Shown here: positions 50,210 to 59,283 of the stretch, in pieces
Layout: every line of letters starts with the position of its first letter
Numbering within the stretch: position 1 is the stretch's first letter
Source of the DNA: an uncultured Pelagibacteraceae bacterium
Lineage (GTDB): Bacteria > Pseudomonadota > Alphaproteobacteria > Pelagibacterales > Pelagibacteraceae
DNA: 64,000 nt
Reading direction: 5' to 3'
Assembly (NCBI GenBank): GCA_902634695.1
Contig: CACPLE010000001.1
Coordinates: 9,401-73,400 of the forward strand
Translations under genes and position numbers: made by a program
The notes under the pieces: model-generated
Database searches by the model: none
Told to the model about the DNA's origin: nothing
The model's input: only the letters and a program-made list of their open reading frames with translations

Positions 50210-51205
50210 ATGAAAAAGATAATTAATAAACCAAGTGACTTTGTTGAAGAATCTATTGAAGGGTTGGTTAAATCTCATCCAGATGTTTACGCCTTTGCAC
50301 CAGATAACAAAAGAGTAGTTACACGAGCTAAAAAAGCTTCAAATAAAGTTGGAGTTGTAACTGGTGGTGGATCAGGTCATTTACCAGTTTTCACTGGATA
50401 TATTGGAAAAGGTTTTCTAGATGCTTGTGCTATTGGATCAGTTTTTGCATCACCTTCAGTTGAACAAATGGTATCAGCTATAAAAAATGCTGATAATGGA
50501 AATGGTGTTCTTTGTGTTATTGGTAATTATGGTGGTGATGTAATGAATTTTGAAATGGCATGTGAAATGGTTGAAGCTGAAGGAATTAAAACAAAAAAAG
50601 TAATAGTTGCTGATGATATTGCAAGTGCTAGTGAAGAAGAAAAATCTAAAAGAAGAGGAATTGCAGGTATGATTTTTGTCTTTAAAACCGCAGGTGCAAT
50701 CGCTGAAACTGGTGCTTCTTTAGATGATGTTTTTAAATTATCTTCAGAAGTAAATAACAATATAAGAACTCTTGGTGTTGCATTATCTCCTTGTATTTTA
50801 CCTGAGGCTGGAAAACCTACATTTGAAATAAAAGATGATGAAATAGAAATTGGAATGGGTATTCACGGTGAGCCAGGTATTAAAAGAGAAAAACTAAAAC
50901 CTGCAAATAATTTGGTTGATGATCTTTATAAAAGAATAATAAAAGACTCAAAATTAACTATTAATGATAATATTGTTATAATGATTAATAGTTTAGGTGC
51001 TACTCCTTTAGAAGAATTATATATAATATCAAAAAGAGTTAATGAAAATTTATCTAATTCAAAAATAAATAATCTTAAATCTTACGTTGGAAGATATGCA
51101 ACATCTATGGAAATGGCTGGTATGTCTATAACCACTTTAAAATTAAACGATAATATAAAAAAATATCTTTTCGCAAACAGCGAATGTCCATTCTGGAATA
51201 ATTAA
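50210..51205 (+). CDS. dhaK: Dihydroxyacetone kinase K subunit (DAK1)
   Basis: GGGSGH, NYGGD, RRGIAG, GMGIHGEPG. Confidence 0.88.
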   Translation: MKKIINKPSDFVEESIEGLVKSHPDVYAFAPDNKRVVTRAKKASNKVGVVTGGGSGHLPVFTGYIGKGFLDACAIGSVFASPSVEQMVSAIKNADNGNGVLCVIGNYGGDVMNFEMACEMVEAEGIKTKKVIVADDIASASEEEKSKRRGIAGMIFVFKTAGAIAETGASLDDVFKLSSEVNNNIRTLGVALSPCILPEAGKPTFEIKDDEIEIGMGIHGEPGIKREKLKPANNLVDDLYKRIIKDSKLTINDNIVIMINSLGATPLEELYIISKRVNENLSNSKINNLKSYVGRYATSMEMAGMSITTLKLNDNIKKYLFANSECPFWNN

Positions 51206-51222
51206 ACTTTATAAGAAAATTA

Positions 51223-53742
51223 TTAATTTTTTGGTCCTTCGTTTCCTAGAGGAGGATCACCTTGTGCGCCACCTTCACCGCCCATGCCTTCACCACCCAT
51301 AGCTTCGCCCATAGCACCTCCGCCATGTTCACCACCACCGAGTGCACCGCCTAGAGCTTCGCCCATGCCACCCATAGCACCGCCCATCATGCCGCCGCCT
51401 TCCATGCCGCCCATAGCACCGCCCATAGCGCCACCTTCCATGCCGCCCATAGCGTCACCCATGCCGCCCATGCCGCCCATGCCGCCGGCTTGACCTGCCA
51501 TTGCTCCAGCCATTGCGCCGCCCATAGCGCCGCCCATGCCTTCTTCCATTGCGCCACCCATGGCTTTACCCATAGCACCATCACCCATGCCACCGGCTCC
51601 CATAGCTGCGCCCATTGCACCTGCTCCCATTGCAGAAGCTGCTGCACCTTGAGCAGACATTGCTGAACCCATTGCTGCACCTGCTAATCCAGCTCCAGCT
51701 TCAGAAGCTGCACCTGCAGCTTTTGCTACTGAGCCCATTGCTGCACCTGGGTCTAAACCTGTGCCCATTGCTGCAGACACTTGTCCTAAATTCATTCCTG
51801 ATTCCATTCCTGCTTCCATGCCTTCCATACCTTCCATACCTTCCATTCCACCTTCAGGTCCTCCGGCACCCATAATATCTCCTAGCTTCGCTCCTTCTGG
51901 GCCTGCATTAACTCCCATAGCCATAGCCATTTCAGGATTCATTTCTGCATTCATATCCATTTTGCCCATTCCAACCATTCCACCACTCATCGCTGCCAAG
52001 CCCATGTCGCCACCTTCCATACCCATAGCGCCACTTAAACCTTCCATACCTTTTGCTCCCATTGCAGCCATTGTGCCTTGGTTAACTAAACCTACTTCCA
52101 TCATATCGCCCATCATTGCGGCACCCATTGTGCCTTCAGCTGCCATTGCAGCCATACCTTGAATTGCTTCACTACCTAATCCTGCCATTTCAGTAGACAT
52201 AACAGATGTTACATCCATTCCTGCCATTCCAGCTGCACCCATACTTGCAACCATTCCTGGAGTTAAACCTGTTTGTGCTGCCATTTGAGCCATTCCTAAT
52301 TCATCCATTGCACCAGCTTCCATACCTGTCATTCCAGCCATAGCTTTGCCCATTTCAGCTTGATCCATAGCACCACCCATAACATCAGCCATACCAGCCA
52401 TACCTACTCCAGCTTCAGCACCTATTGCTCCTGCTGCTTCCATTCCCATTGCTGTCATTCCATCTGGAGGTGCCATTGCACCTGGTAGTCCACCAGCTAA
52501 TGAAGGTTTTGCCATGACCATTGCTCCCATCATCATTCCTGACTCACTAACATTTTCTGGCATTTCAATTGCTTCTGGTCCTCCTTCAGCCATCATAGCT
52601 CCTGCTGAACCTTTCATTTCCATTCCCATAGCAACTGCATTTTTTTCTTTAGGAGCTTTTCCTGAAATAGCTCCACTAATCATTCCTACACTTCCTGACA
52701 TTGCTGCTGTAATCCCTGTTGTTGGGTCTCCAAAAGCTTGGCTTAAACTGTTACCTAAAGCTTCCATTCCTCCCATTGCTTGTCCAAGTGCTTGCATACC
52801 TTCTAAACCTTGCATACCTTCAGCCATACCAGCCATACCTTCCATTCCCATAGTAGCTCCCATAGCATCCATCATTTCTGATCCCATACCTTTTGCCATC
52901 ATTGTAGCTCCTATAGCTCCTGTCATAGCTCCTGTCATTTCACCCATTGCTGCAGGGTTTGCAGTTAATGTTTCTAATGCTGCTGTCGCTGCACCAACTG
53001 GTAATGCTTCTAAAGCTCCTGCCATCATTGCTGGGTTCATTCCCATTTCTGCAACATTCATTGATGCAAAGTTTCCTGCATCAAAAGCTCCCATATCAAA
53101 AGATTCTGTTCCCATGACAGCTCCCATATCAACCATACCTGATTGTGCTAAACCTGTCATTGCAGTACCTATTCCAACACCGTTAGCATCTAGAGCTCCC
53201 ATCATTCCTTTTGCATCAAAACCTGCTCCTTCAACTGCATTCATAGAGCCTGCAAGTTTTTGCATAGCAACAACTTTACCAGCTCCCATTTGTCCAGCTA
53301 TACTTGTTAATGCTGCCATTTCTTCTGGCGAAAAATCTTCTCCAAAGTTCATTTCTGACATATCTAATGCATTTGGATCTGGAATTGCTCCTAATGCCAT
53401 ATCAGTAACACCTTCAACTAATGACATAGCCTGAACAGCTGATGTAATATCTCCTTTAGCTAAACTCTCTTGAGCAAATGCCATTGCTGACTCTGCTTGT
53501 GCAATTGATGTATCTAATGCTTTTCCAATATCAGATTTTGCTTCTCCTAAAGCTTCTGTTGCTGCACCTAAATTTTCAGCTACCTTACCTGCATCATTTG
53601 ATAATTGGTCAGCTGCAGCTTGTGCTGAACTTCCTGCTGCTTCAGAAATTCCTGACATTCCAGCAACATCATTTGCATTTGCTGTTAAGTTAGAAAATAA
53701 AAATAGTAGCAATACAGTTTTAAAAATAATTTTTCTAATCAT
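51223..53742 (-). CDS. Exported low-complexity Met/Gly/Ala-rich acidic protein of unknown function
   Basis: 839-aa uninterrupted ORF with a Sec-like signal peptide (MIRKIIFKTVLLLFLFSNLTANA). Start overlaps the upstream stop (TAATG). Confidence 0.85.
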   Translation of the reverse strand: MIRKIIFKTVLLLFLFSNLTANANDVAGMSGISEAAGSSAQAAADQLSNDAGKVAENLGAATEALGEAKSDIGKALDTSIAQAESAMAFAQESLAKGDITSAVQAMSLVEGVTDMALGAIPDPNALDMSEMNFGEDFSPEEMAALTSIAGQMGAGKVVAMQKLAGSMNAVEGAGFDAKGMMGALDANGVGIGTAMTGLAQSGMVDMGAVMGTESFDMGAFDAGNFASMNVAEMGMNPAMMAGALEALPVGAATAALETLTANPAAMGEMTGAMTGAIGATMMAKGMGSEMMDAMGATMGMEGMAGMAEGMQGLEGMQALGQAMGGMEALGNSLSQAFGDPTTGITAAMSGSVGMISGAISGKAPKEKNAVAMGMEMKGSAGAMMAEGGPEAIEMPENVSESGMMMGAMVMAKPSLAGGLPGAMAPPDGMTAMGMEAAGAIGAEAGVGMAGMADVMGGAMDQAEMGKAMAGMTGMEAGAMDELGMAQMAAQTGLTPGMVASMGAAGMAGMDVTSVMSTEMAGLGSEAIQGMAAMAAEGTMGAAMMGDMMEVGLVNQGTMAAMGAKGMEGLSGAMGMEGGDMGLAAMSGGMVGMGKMDMNAEMNPEMAMAMGVNAGPEGAKLGDIMGAGGPEGGMEGMEGMEGMEAGMESGMNLGQVSAAMGTGLDPGAAMGSVAKAAGAASEAGAGLAGAAMGSAMSAQGAAASAMGAGAMGAAMGAGGMGDGAMGKAMGGAMEEGMGGAMGGAMAGAMAGQAGGMGGMGGMGDAMGGMEGGAMGGAMGGMEGGGMMGGAMGGMGEALGGALGGGEHGGGAMGEAMGGEGMGGEGGAQGDPPLGNEGPKN
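51270..51620 (-). repeat. GC-rich coding tandem repeats (GGM/GGAM units)
   Basis: Repeated catgccgcc / catagcgccgcc units, e.g. about 51460-51487. Also an EGM x3 repeat near 51820-51850. Confidence 0.8.
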
Positions 53743-54410
53743 TAGTTAGTTTTCTCTTCTATTTTTTCTTGAGCTTTTATTGTCGCTGCTCTTTGTGCGT
53801 TAACTTTTGCTAGAGCTATTTGTTTCTTCATATTCGAAAGTACCGCAGCTCTTTCAGCAATTTCTGGATCAATTTTCTTTTTCTTTTTCTTTTTCTTTTT
53901 ATTTTTTTTCCAGGCTAATTTTAACATTTTTCCTGTCGCCCAAAATTTCATTACTGCTTCAGAACTTTTTGCTTTTGGAGATATTTGAAGACTCATTCTC
54001 ATTGCTTCTCTACCTTTTTTCAAACCTTCTACTGTTTCTACCTTGGCTCTCTTATCCATTAACATTTCATTATATAGAGCTTCAAAGTAAGCCATGTCTC
54101 TAATCATTAAATGTTGATATTTATTTAAAGTTCCTTTTCCTTTAACAAATCTTGCGTAAACTTTTCCACCAGCTTCACCTTGTTTTTTTTTAGGTGTAGT
54201 CGATGTATCTAAAAACATTCCTTCTGGGTATTTTATATCTTCCCAAATAAAAGCTGCTGGTCTTTCACTTTCAGGCCAGTCTTTCATTTTTTCGTATTTT
54301 TGACAATAAATGCAGTCTTTTTCTTTTTTCTTCTTTGCTGCTTCTGAAAATGGAACAGCAATGAATGCTGCAAATAGAAAAACTAATATTAGTTTACCCC
54401 AGTACTTCAT
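53742..54410 (-). CDS. Exported Lys-rich hypothetical protein with CxxC
   Basis: Signal peptide (…SEA), CIYC, poly-Lys tracts, SD AAGGAG. Confidence 0.8.
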   Translation of the reverse strand: MKYWGKLILVFLFAAFIAVPFSEAAKKKKEKDCIYCQKYEKMKDWPESERPAAFIWEDIKYPEGMFLDTSTTPKKKQGEAGGKVYARFVKGKGTLNKYQHLMIRDMAYFEALYNEMLMDKRAKVETVEGLKKGREAMRMSLQISPKAKSSEAVMKFWATGKMLKLAWKKNKKKKKKKKKIDPEIAERAAVLSNMKKQIALAKVNAQRAATIKAQEKIEEKTN

Positions 54411-54575
54411 AGTCTCCTTAATATATAATCTAATAATATTATCGTGATTATGGTTGAGTCAAATTAATTTAATAAATAAAAAGGTTGATTTTACTAATTA
54501 AATTTATTTACTAAACTAAAAGTTGTATAAGATTTTATGAATTTAAACTCTATTTATTATTTAAAATAATTTCAT

Positions 54576-55589
54576 ATGAAAATTTCGAATATTGAAAAAA
54601 TAGTAAAAAAAACTTTTCTTAATTTTAATTTAAGCGAAAAGCACTCAAAAATTTGTGCAAAATATCTTGTAAAAGCAGAATTGGTAGGAGCAGCATCTCA
54701 TGGTCTTGCTAGGTTAAAAATGTATTGTGAAAGAATTAAAAAAAAAACAATTAACCCAAAAGCAAAAATTAAAATAAAAAAAATATCAAAATCAATTGCT
54801 CACATTGATGGGAATAACTGTATTGGTTTTATTTCTGCCGACATTGGAATTAAAGTTGCAATTAAAAATGCTATAAAAACAGGTATAGGTTTAGTGGCAG
54901 TAAAAAATAGTGGTCATTATGGGCTGTCAAGTTTTTATGCTGAACAAGCAGTAAAAAAAAAATTAATGGTATGGTGTTTTACTAACGCTCCTCCAGCAAT
55001 AGCCCCGTATGGTGCTAAAAAAAGTTTATTTGGAACTAATCCAATTTGTTTTGGAACTCCTACAGGAAATAAAACTCCATTTATATTAGACACATCTGTT
55101 TCAATGATTAACAGAGGAAAAATAAGAGTTGCAGCAAAATTTGGAAAAAAAATTCCACTTGGTGTAGCACTTGATAAATTTGGCAAGCCTACAACAGATG
55201 CAAAAAAAGCATTGAAAGGAGTTCAATTACCTATAGCTGGTTTTAGAGGTTCAGGACTTGCCTGGATGGTGGATATAATGAGTGGAGTTCTAACAGGAGC
55301 TAATCACGGAGGAAAAGTTAAAGACCCTTTTGATGATTTTACAGGTCCACAAAATGTGGGTCATTTTTTTTTAGTAATAAAACCAAATCTATTTGTTGGA
55401 AAAAATTACTATAAAAGAATTAAAGAAAACATAAAAAGAATAAAAAAACTTCCTAAAATTAAAGGTATAAAAGAAATTTTTTACCCTGGTGAGAGAATGA
55501 ATGCTAGATATAAAAGAAATTTAAAAAAAGGTATTGTTATTCAAAAAAATATATTAGAAGACATAAAAAATCTAAATGCTATCAAATAA
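54576..55589 (+). CDS. Ldh_2 family oxidoreductase (ComC/AllD-like malate/L-sulfolactate dehydrogenase)
   Basis: SHGLARL, HYG, GTNPI, YPGE. Confidence 0.88.
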   Translation: MKISNIEKIVKKTFLNFNLSEKHSKICAKYLVKAELVGAASHGLARLKMYCERIKKKTINPKAKIKIKKISKSIAHIDGNNCIGFISADIGIKVAIKNAIKTGIGLVAVKNSGHYGLSSFYAEQAVKKKLMVWCFTNAPPAIAPYGAKKSLFGTNPICFGTPTGNKTPFILDTSVSMINRGKIRVAAKFGKKIPLGVALDKFGKPTTDAKKALKGVQLPIAGFRGSGLAWMVDIMSGVLTGANHGGKVKDPFDDFTGPQNVGHFFLVIKPNLFVGKNYYKRIKENIKRIKKLPKIKGIKEIFYPGERMNARYKRNLKKGIVIQKNILEDIKNLNAIK

Positions 55590-56487
55590 AGAAATAATTT
55601 GTCCTGATAATCTTGTAAAAGTTGCAAAGAAAAAAGGGAATGTAACAGCTGGTATAGTAAATGCCGGCAAACCTTTACCAATGCATTCTGCAATGGAAGC
55701 GGTAAAAGAAAATTTAATAACACCAATTTTTATTGGTGACAAGGATGAAATCCAGAAATGTGCAGAACAATTAAAATGGGATATATCAAAATATGAAATT
55801 ATAAATGAACCAGTTGAAAATAATACTGCTCCAATTGTTGCAAAACTTGCAGCAGAAGGAAAAATAAAAATTATAGTTAAAGGTCATATTCATACAGATG
55901 TATTGATGAAAGAAGTTTTAAAAAGAGAATATAATTTGCTTGGTAAAAAAAGATTAAGTCACATTTGGCATATGACAATTGATAAAAAAAGCTCTCCTCT
56001 TATCATTACTGATGGTGCTTTAAATGTTTTGCCAAATATTAAAACTAAAATGCATATACTTAAAAACGTTGTTGATTTTGCAAATAGAATTGGAATTGAA
56101 AGACCAAAAGTTTCTATTTTATCAGCAACAGAAGAAGTTTTGGAAAGTGTTCCAAGTTCAATAGAAGCAAAAGAAATTACAAAATTAGCTAAGGAAGAAA
56201 ATATAAAAGCTGATGTTTTTGGTCCTCTTGCATTTGATAACAGTATTTCAAAAAAGTCTGCAGCAATTAAAGGCATTAAAAATGCAGTAGCAGGCCAAGC
56301 AGATGTATTGTTAGTACCTAGTGTAGAAACTGGAAATGGATTAGTAAAAATGATGATTTATTTTATGGGAGCCTGTGCTGCTGGAGTAGTAATTGGTGGA
56401 AAGGTACCTGTAGTAATAACGAGTAGATCAGATGAAGCACAAGCAAGGTTAGCATCTATTGCTGCTGCAGTTGTTGCTTTGGATTAA
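55576..56487 (+). CDS. pta: Phosphate acetyl/butyryltransferase
   Basis: VKGHIHT, ITDGALN, GPLAFDN, TSRSD. Confidence 0.82.
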   Translation: MLSNKEIICPDNLVKVAKKKGNVTAGIVNAGKPLPMHSAMEAVKENLITPIFIGDKDEIQKCAEQLKWDISKYEIINEPVENNTAPIVAKLAAEGKIKIIVKGHIHTDVLMKEVLKREYNLLGKKRLSHIWHMTIDKKSSPLIITDGALNVLPNIKTKMHILKNVVDFANRIGIERPKVSILSATEEVLESVPSSIEAKEITKLAKEENIKADVFGPLAFDNSISKKSAAIKGIKNAVAGQADVLLVPSVETGNGLVKMMIYFMGACAAGVVIGGKVPVVITSRSDEAQARLASIAAAVVALD

Positions 56488-57137
56488 ATTTTTATATTTT
56501 TAACAATAAAAAGTTTTCTTGGAAATTTTCCTTCTTCAAATTTTTCTATATCTAAAACTTTGAAACCTTTTGATAATTTATTTACTTTATCTTTTGAAAA
56601 AAAATGAACTATAAAGCCATCATTTTCATAGAGATCTTCTCCTCTATGAATTCCATTTTTATAGTCCCCGTCTTCAGTGTGGCGAACAGTATAAATATTG
56701 AGTCCTCCAGGCTTTAAAATTCTACATATTTCATTATTTAAGCATTCAAGATCAGAATTTGATAAAGCCATACAATAAAGCATATGGGAAAAGCATCCTT
56801 CTATTGAGTTGTCTTCAAAAGGAAGTTTTTTTCTAATATCAAAAACTTTTGGTTTAATAAAATTAGTTAAATTTAGTTTTTCTGACTTATTTGTAATACT
56901 TTCAATTGAAGTTTGGCTATAATCCAAAGCATGAATATTAATAGAGTTCTTTGCAAAAAAAATTGTATCTCTACCTAGGCCAGCTCCTAATTCAACAATG
57001 TTTTCTATATTTTTTTCTTGAAAAAATTTTAGTGCTTTTTCAGCAGCTATACTTTGTTCAAGACCAAACATCTCAGGCTTACTTAGGAAGTTTTTTTCCC
57101 AATGCTGAGATTGTTGGTCTAATTTTTTTTGATCCAA
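56484..57137 (-). CDS. Class I SAM-dependent methyltransferase
   Basis: VELGAGLGRD, LDYS, LKPGG. Confidence 0.87.
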   Translation of the reverse strand: MDQKKLDQQSQHWEKNFLSKPEMFGLEQSIAAEKALKFFQEKNIENIVELGAGLGRDTIFFAKNSINIHALDYSQTSIESITNKSEKLNLTNFIKPKVFDIRKKLPFEDNSIEGCFSHMLYCMALSNSDLECLNNEICRILKPGGLNIYTVRHTEDGDYKNGIHRGEDLYENDGFIVHFFSKDKVNKLSKGFKVLDIEKFEEGKFPRKLFIVKNIKI

Positions 57138-57139
57138 AT

Positions 57140-57802
57140 TTATTTTACTGGGTCTGGCACTTTACGTAGATAAGGCTTTATCGTTTCCCAACCATCTGGA
57201 TATATTTTTTTTGCTTCTTCGTTTGTAACTTTAGGAACAATAATTACTTTGTCTCCAGGTACCCAATCCGCAGGTGTAGCAATTTTATGTTTTGCTGTAC
57301 GCTGCATTGAGTCAATTGTTCTTAATATTTCATTGAAGTTACGGCCAGTTGTCATTGGGTATGTTAAAAACAAACCAATTCTTTTATCTGGTCTAATTAC
57401 ATAAACAGTTCTAACAGTTTCGTTATCAACTGCAGTACGCCCCATTGATGATGTTCCAGCATCGCCTTCTAACATGTTGTAAAGTTTTGCAACTTCCAAC
57501 TTTTCATCAGCAACGATTGGATAGTTTGGTTTTAATCCACAAACATCTTTAATGTCGTCTAACCATTTAACATGATCGGATACTGGATCAACACTTAAAC
57601 CCATAACTTTAACATTTCTTTTTTCAAACTCAGGTTTCATTTTAGCTAATGCACCAAGTTCAGTTGTGCAAACTGGTGTAAAATCTTTTGGATGCGAAAA
57701 TAAAACACCCCAACTATCACCTAACCATTCATGAAAAGATAGTTTTCCTTCAGAAGTTTCAGCTGTGAAATCTGGAGCCACACTATTAATTTTTAATGTC
57801 AT
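57140..57802 (-). CDS. 1-Cys peroxiredoxin (Prx6)
   Basis: HPKDFTPVCTTE, TGRNFNE, TPADW. Confidence 0.95.
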   Translation of the reverse strand: MTLKINSVAPDFTAETSEGKLSFHEWLGDSWGVLFSHPKDFTPVCTTELGALAKMKPEFEKRNVKVMGLSVDPVSDHVKWLDDIKDVCGLKPNYPIVADEKLEVAKLYNMLEGDAGTSSMGRTAVDNETVRTVYVIRPDKRIGLFLTYPMTTGRNFNEILRTIDSMQRTAKHKIATPADWVPGDKVIIVPKVTNEEAKKIYPDGWETIKPYLRKVPDPVK

Positions 57803-57886
57803 TTTTCTCCTTAATTAATGTTTTTTTAGAAAGATTATAATCAAGATTTATTTGCTATGCAATTTTTTATAGTTTAAATTTCATTT

Positions 57887-58588
57887 ATGATTTTTGAGCA
57901 ATTATTTGATACTAAATCTTCAACCTATACTTACATTATTTCTAGCGGGAAAGGACGTGAAGCATTGATTATTGATCCAGTTATAGAGAATACAGAAGAC
58001 TATATAAAAGTTTTAAAAAATTTAGATTTAAAATTAGTTAAAGTAATAGATACACATATTCATGCTGATCATATCACAGGGATGAATGAATTAAGTAAAA
58101 GAACTAGCTCCACAAAAATTATGGGTGAAAAATCTAAATCTGAAGTCATAGATATTCGAGTTAAAGACAATGAAAAAATCAAAATTGAAAACATCGAATT
58201 AACATCAATGTATACACCAGGTCATACCGATTGCTCTTATAGCTTTTTAATGAATGATAGAGTTTTTACTGGTGATACTCTGTTAATAAATGGTACAGGA
58301 AGAACAGATTTTCAAAGCGGAAGTGCATATGACGCATATGACTCATTATTTAACAAATTATTAAAATTACCTGAAAAAACTTTGGTATACCCTGCACATG
58401 ATTATAATAAAAAAAAATATTCAACTATTGAAAATGAAAAAAATAACAACCCTAGACTACAAGTAAGATCAAAAGAAGAATATGCAGAAATTATGAACAA
58501 TCTTAATTTGTCAAATCCAAAAATGATTGATATAGCAGTTCCAGCAAATATTAAAGGTTTTACACTAGAGCAAATTAATCATGGTTAA
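57887..58588 (+). CDS. MBL-fold persulfide dioxygenase (ETHE1/Sdo-like)
   Basis: THIHADHITG, TPGHT, GRTDFQ, PAHDY, NPRL, AVPAN. Confidence 0.85.
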   Translation: MIFEQLFDTKSSTYTYIISSGKGREALIIDPVIENTEDYIKVLKNLDLKLVKVIDTHIHADHITGMNELSKRTSSTKIMGEKSKSEVIDIRVKDNEKIKIENIELTSMYTPGHTDCSYSFLMNDRVFTGDTLLINGTGRTDFQSGSAYDAYDSLFNKLLKLPEKTLVYPAHDYNKKKYSTIENEKNNNPRLQVRSKEEYAEIMNNLNLSNPKMIDIAVPANIKGFTLEQINHG

Positions 58589-58611
58589 ATTAATAAGTAT
58601 TTATTTTATTT

Positions 58612-59277
58612 ATGAAAAATAATAACGATAAAAACATAAAAGAAGGTGAAGTAAGAATTATAAAACCTTTTGGCCCTAGTGTTGGCATGATTAAAATGCC
58701 TCAAACTTTAGTTAATAATTTAAATAAATATATTGATGAAATTATTGAAAATAAATCTAAATCAAAAGACCTAGATCATGGAAAAAAACTTGCTGGAAAT
58801 GTTACTCAAGAATTTTTAATTGAAAAAGATTTCGCTGAAAAGATTGGATGGATTAATTTTTTAGCTCAAGGTGCTTCAGCTTGGATTTCTTTTTCTACAG
58901 GAAAAAAAATTACTAAATTTAATTTAATCAAGTCTTGGATTGTAAGGCAATTTAAAAATGAATACAATCCTATACATTGGCATGGTGGTCATATTTCTGG
59001 TGTTGGTTATTTAAAAGTACCTAAAACTTTAGGTGACCCAGTTCAGAAAGATTCAAAAAACCATAACTCTAATGGTAATTTGGAACTGGTCCATGGGACA
59101 AAAATGTTTTTATCAAACTCTGTAGTTCAATTTAAACCTGAGATAGGGAATTTTTATTTCTTTCCAAATTATATGATGCATACTGTTTATCCTTTTAGTG
59201 GAACAGATGAAGAAAGAAGATCAATATCTTTCAACGCAAACATTAATCCTGAAATTTATAACGTATACAATAATTAA
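58612..59277 (+). CDS. Putative 2OG-Fe(II) oxygenase (TIGR02466-like)
   Basis: YNPIHWH..ISGVGYLKVP, FFP..MMHTVYPF, RRSISFN. Confidence 0.8.
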   Translation: MKNNNDKNIKEGEVRIIKPFGPSVGMIKMPQTLVNNLNKYIDEIIENKSKSKDLDHGKKLAGNVTQEFLIEKDFAEKIGWINFLAQGASAWISFSTGKKITKFNLIKSWIVRQFKNEYNPIHWHGGHISGVGYLKVPKTLGDPVQKDSKNHNSNGNLELVHGTKMFLSNSVVQFKPEIGNFYFFPNYMMHTVYPFSGTDEERRSISFNANINPEIYNVYNN

Positions 59278-59283
59278 AAAAGC

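Noticed and set aside
51270-51860. Repeats as a possible CRISPR array or non-coding repeat element
   Set aside because: Units are 9-12 nt, in frame and degenerate, with no unique spacers and no cas genes.
51284-53434. Long + strand ORFs (52514..53434, 51761..52162, 51284..51493) rich in Pro/Ile/Ala
   Set aside because: Antisense shadows of the Met/Gly/Ala-rich gene. Its low-complexity codons lack stops on the opposite strand.
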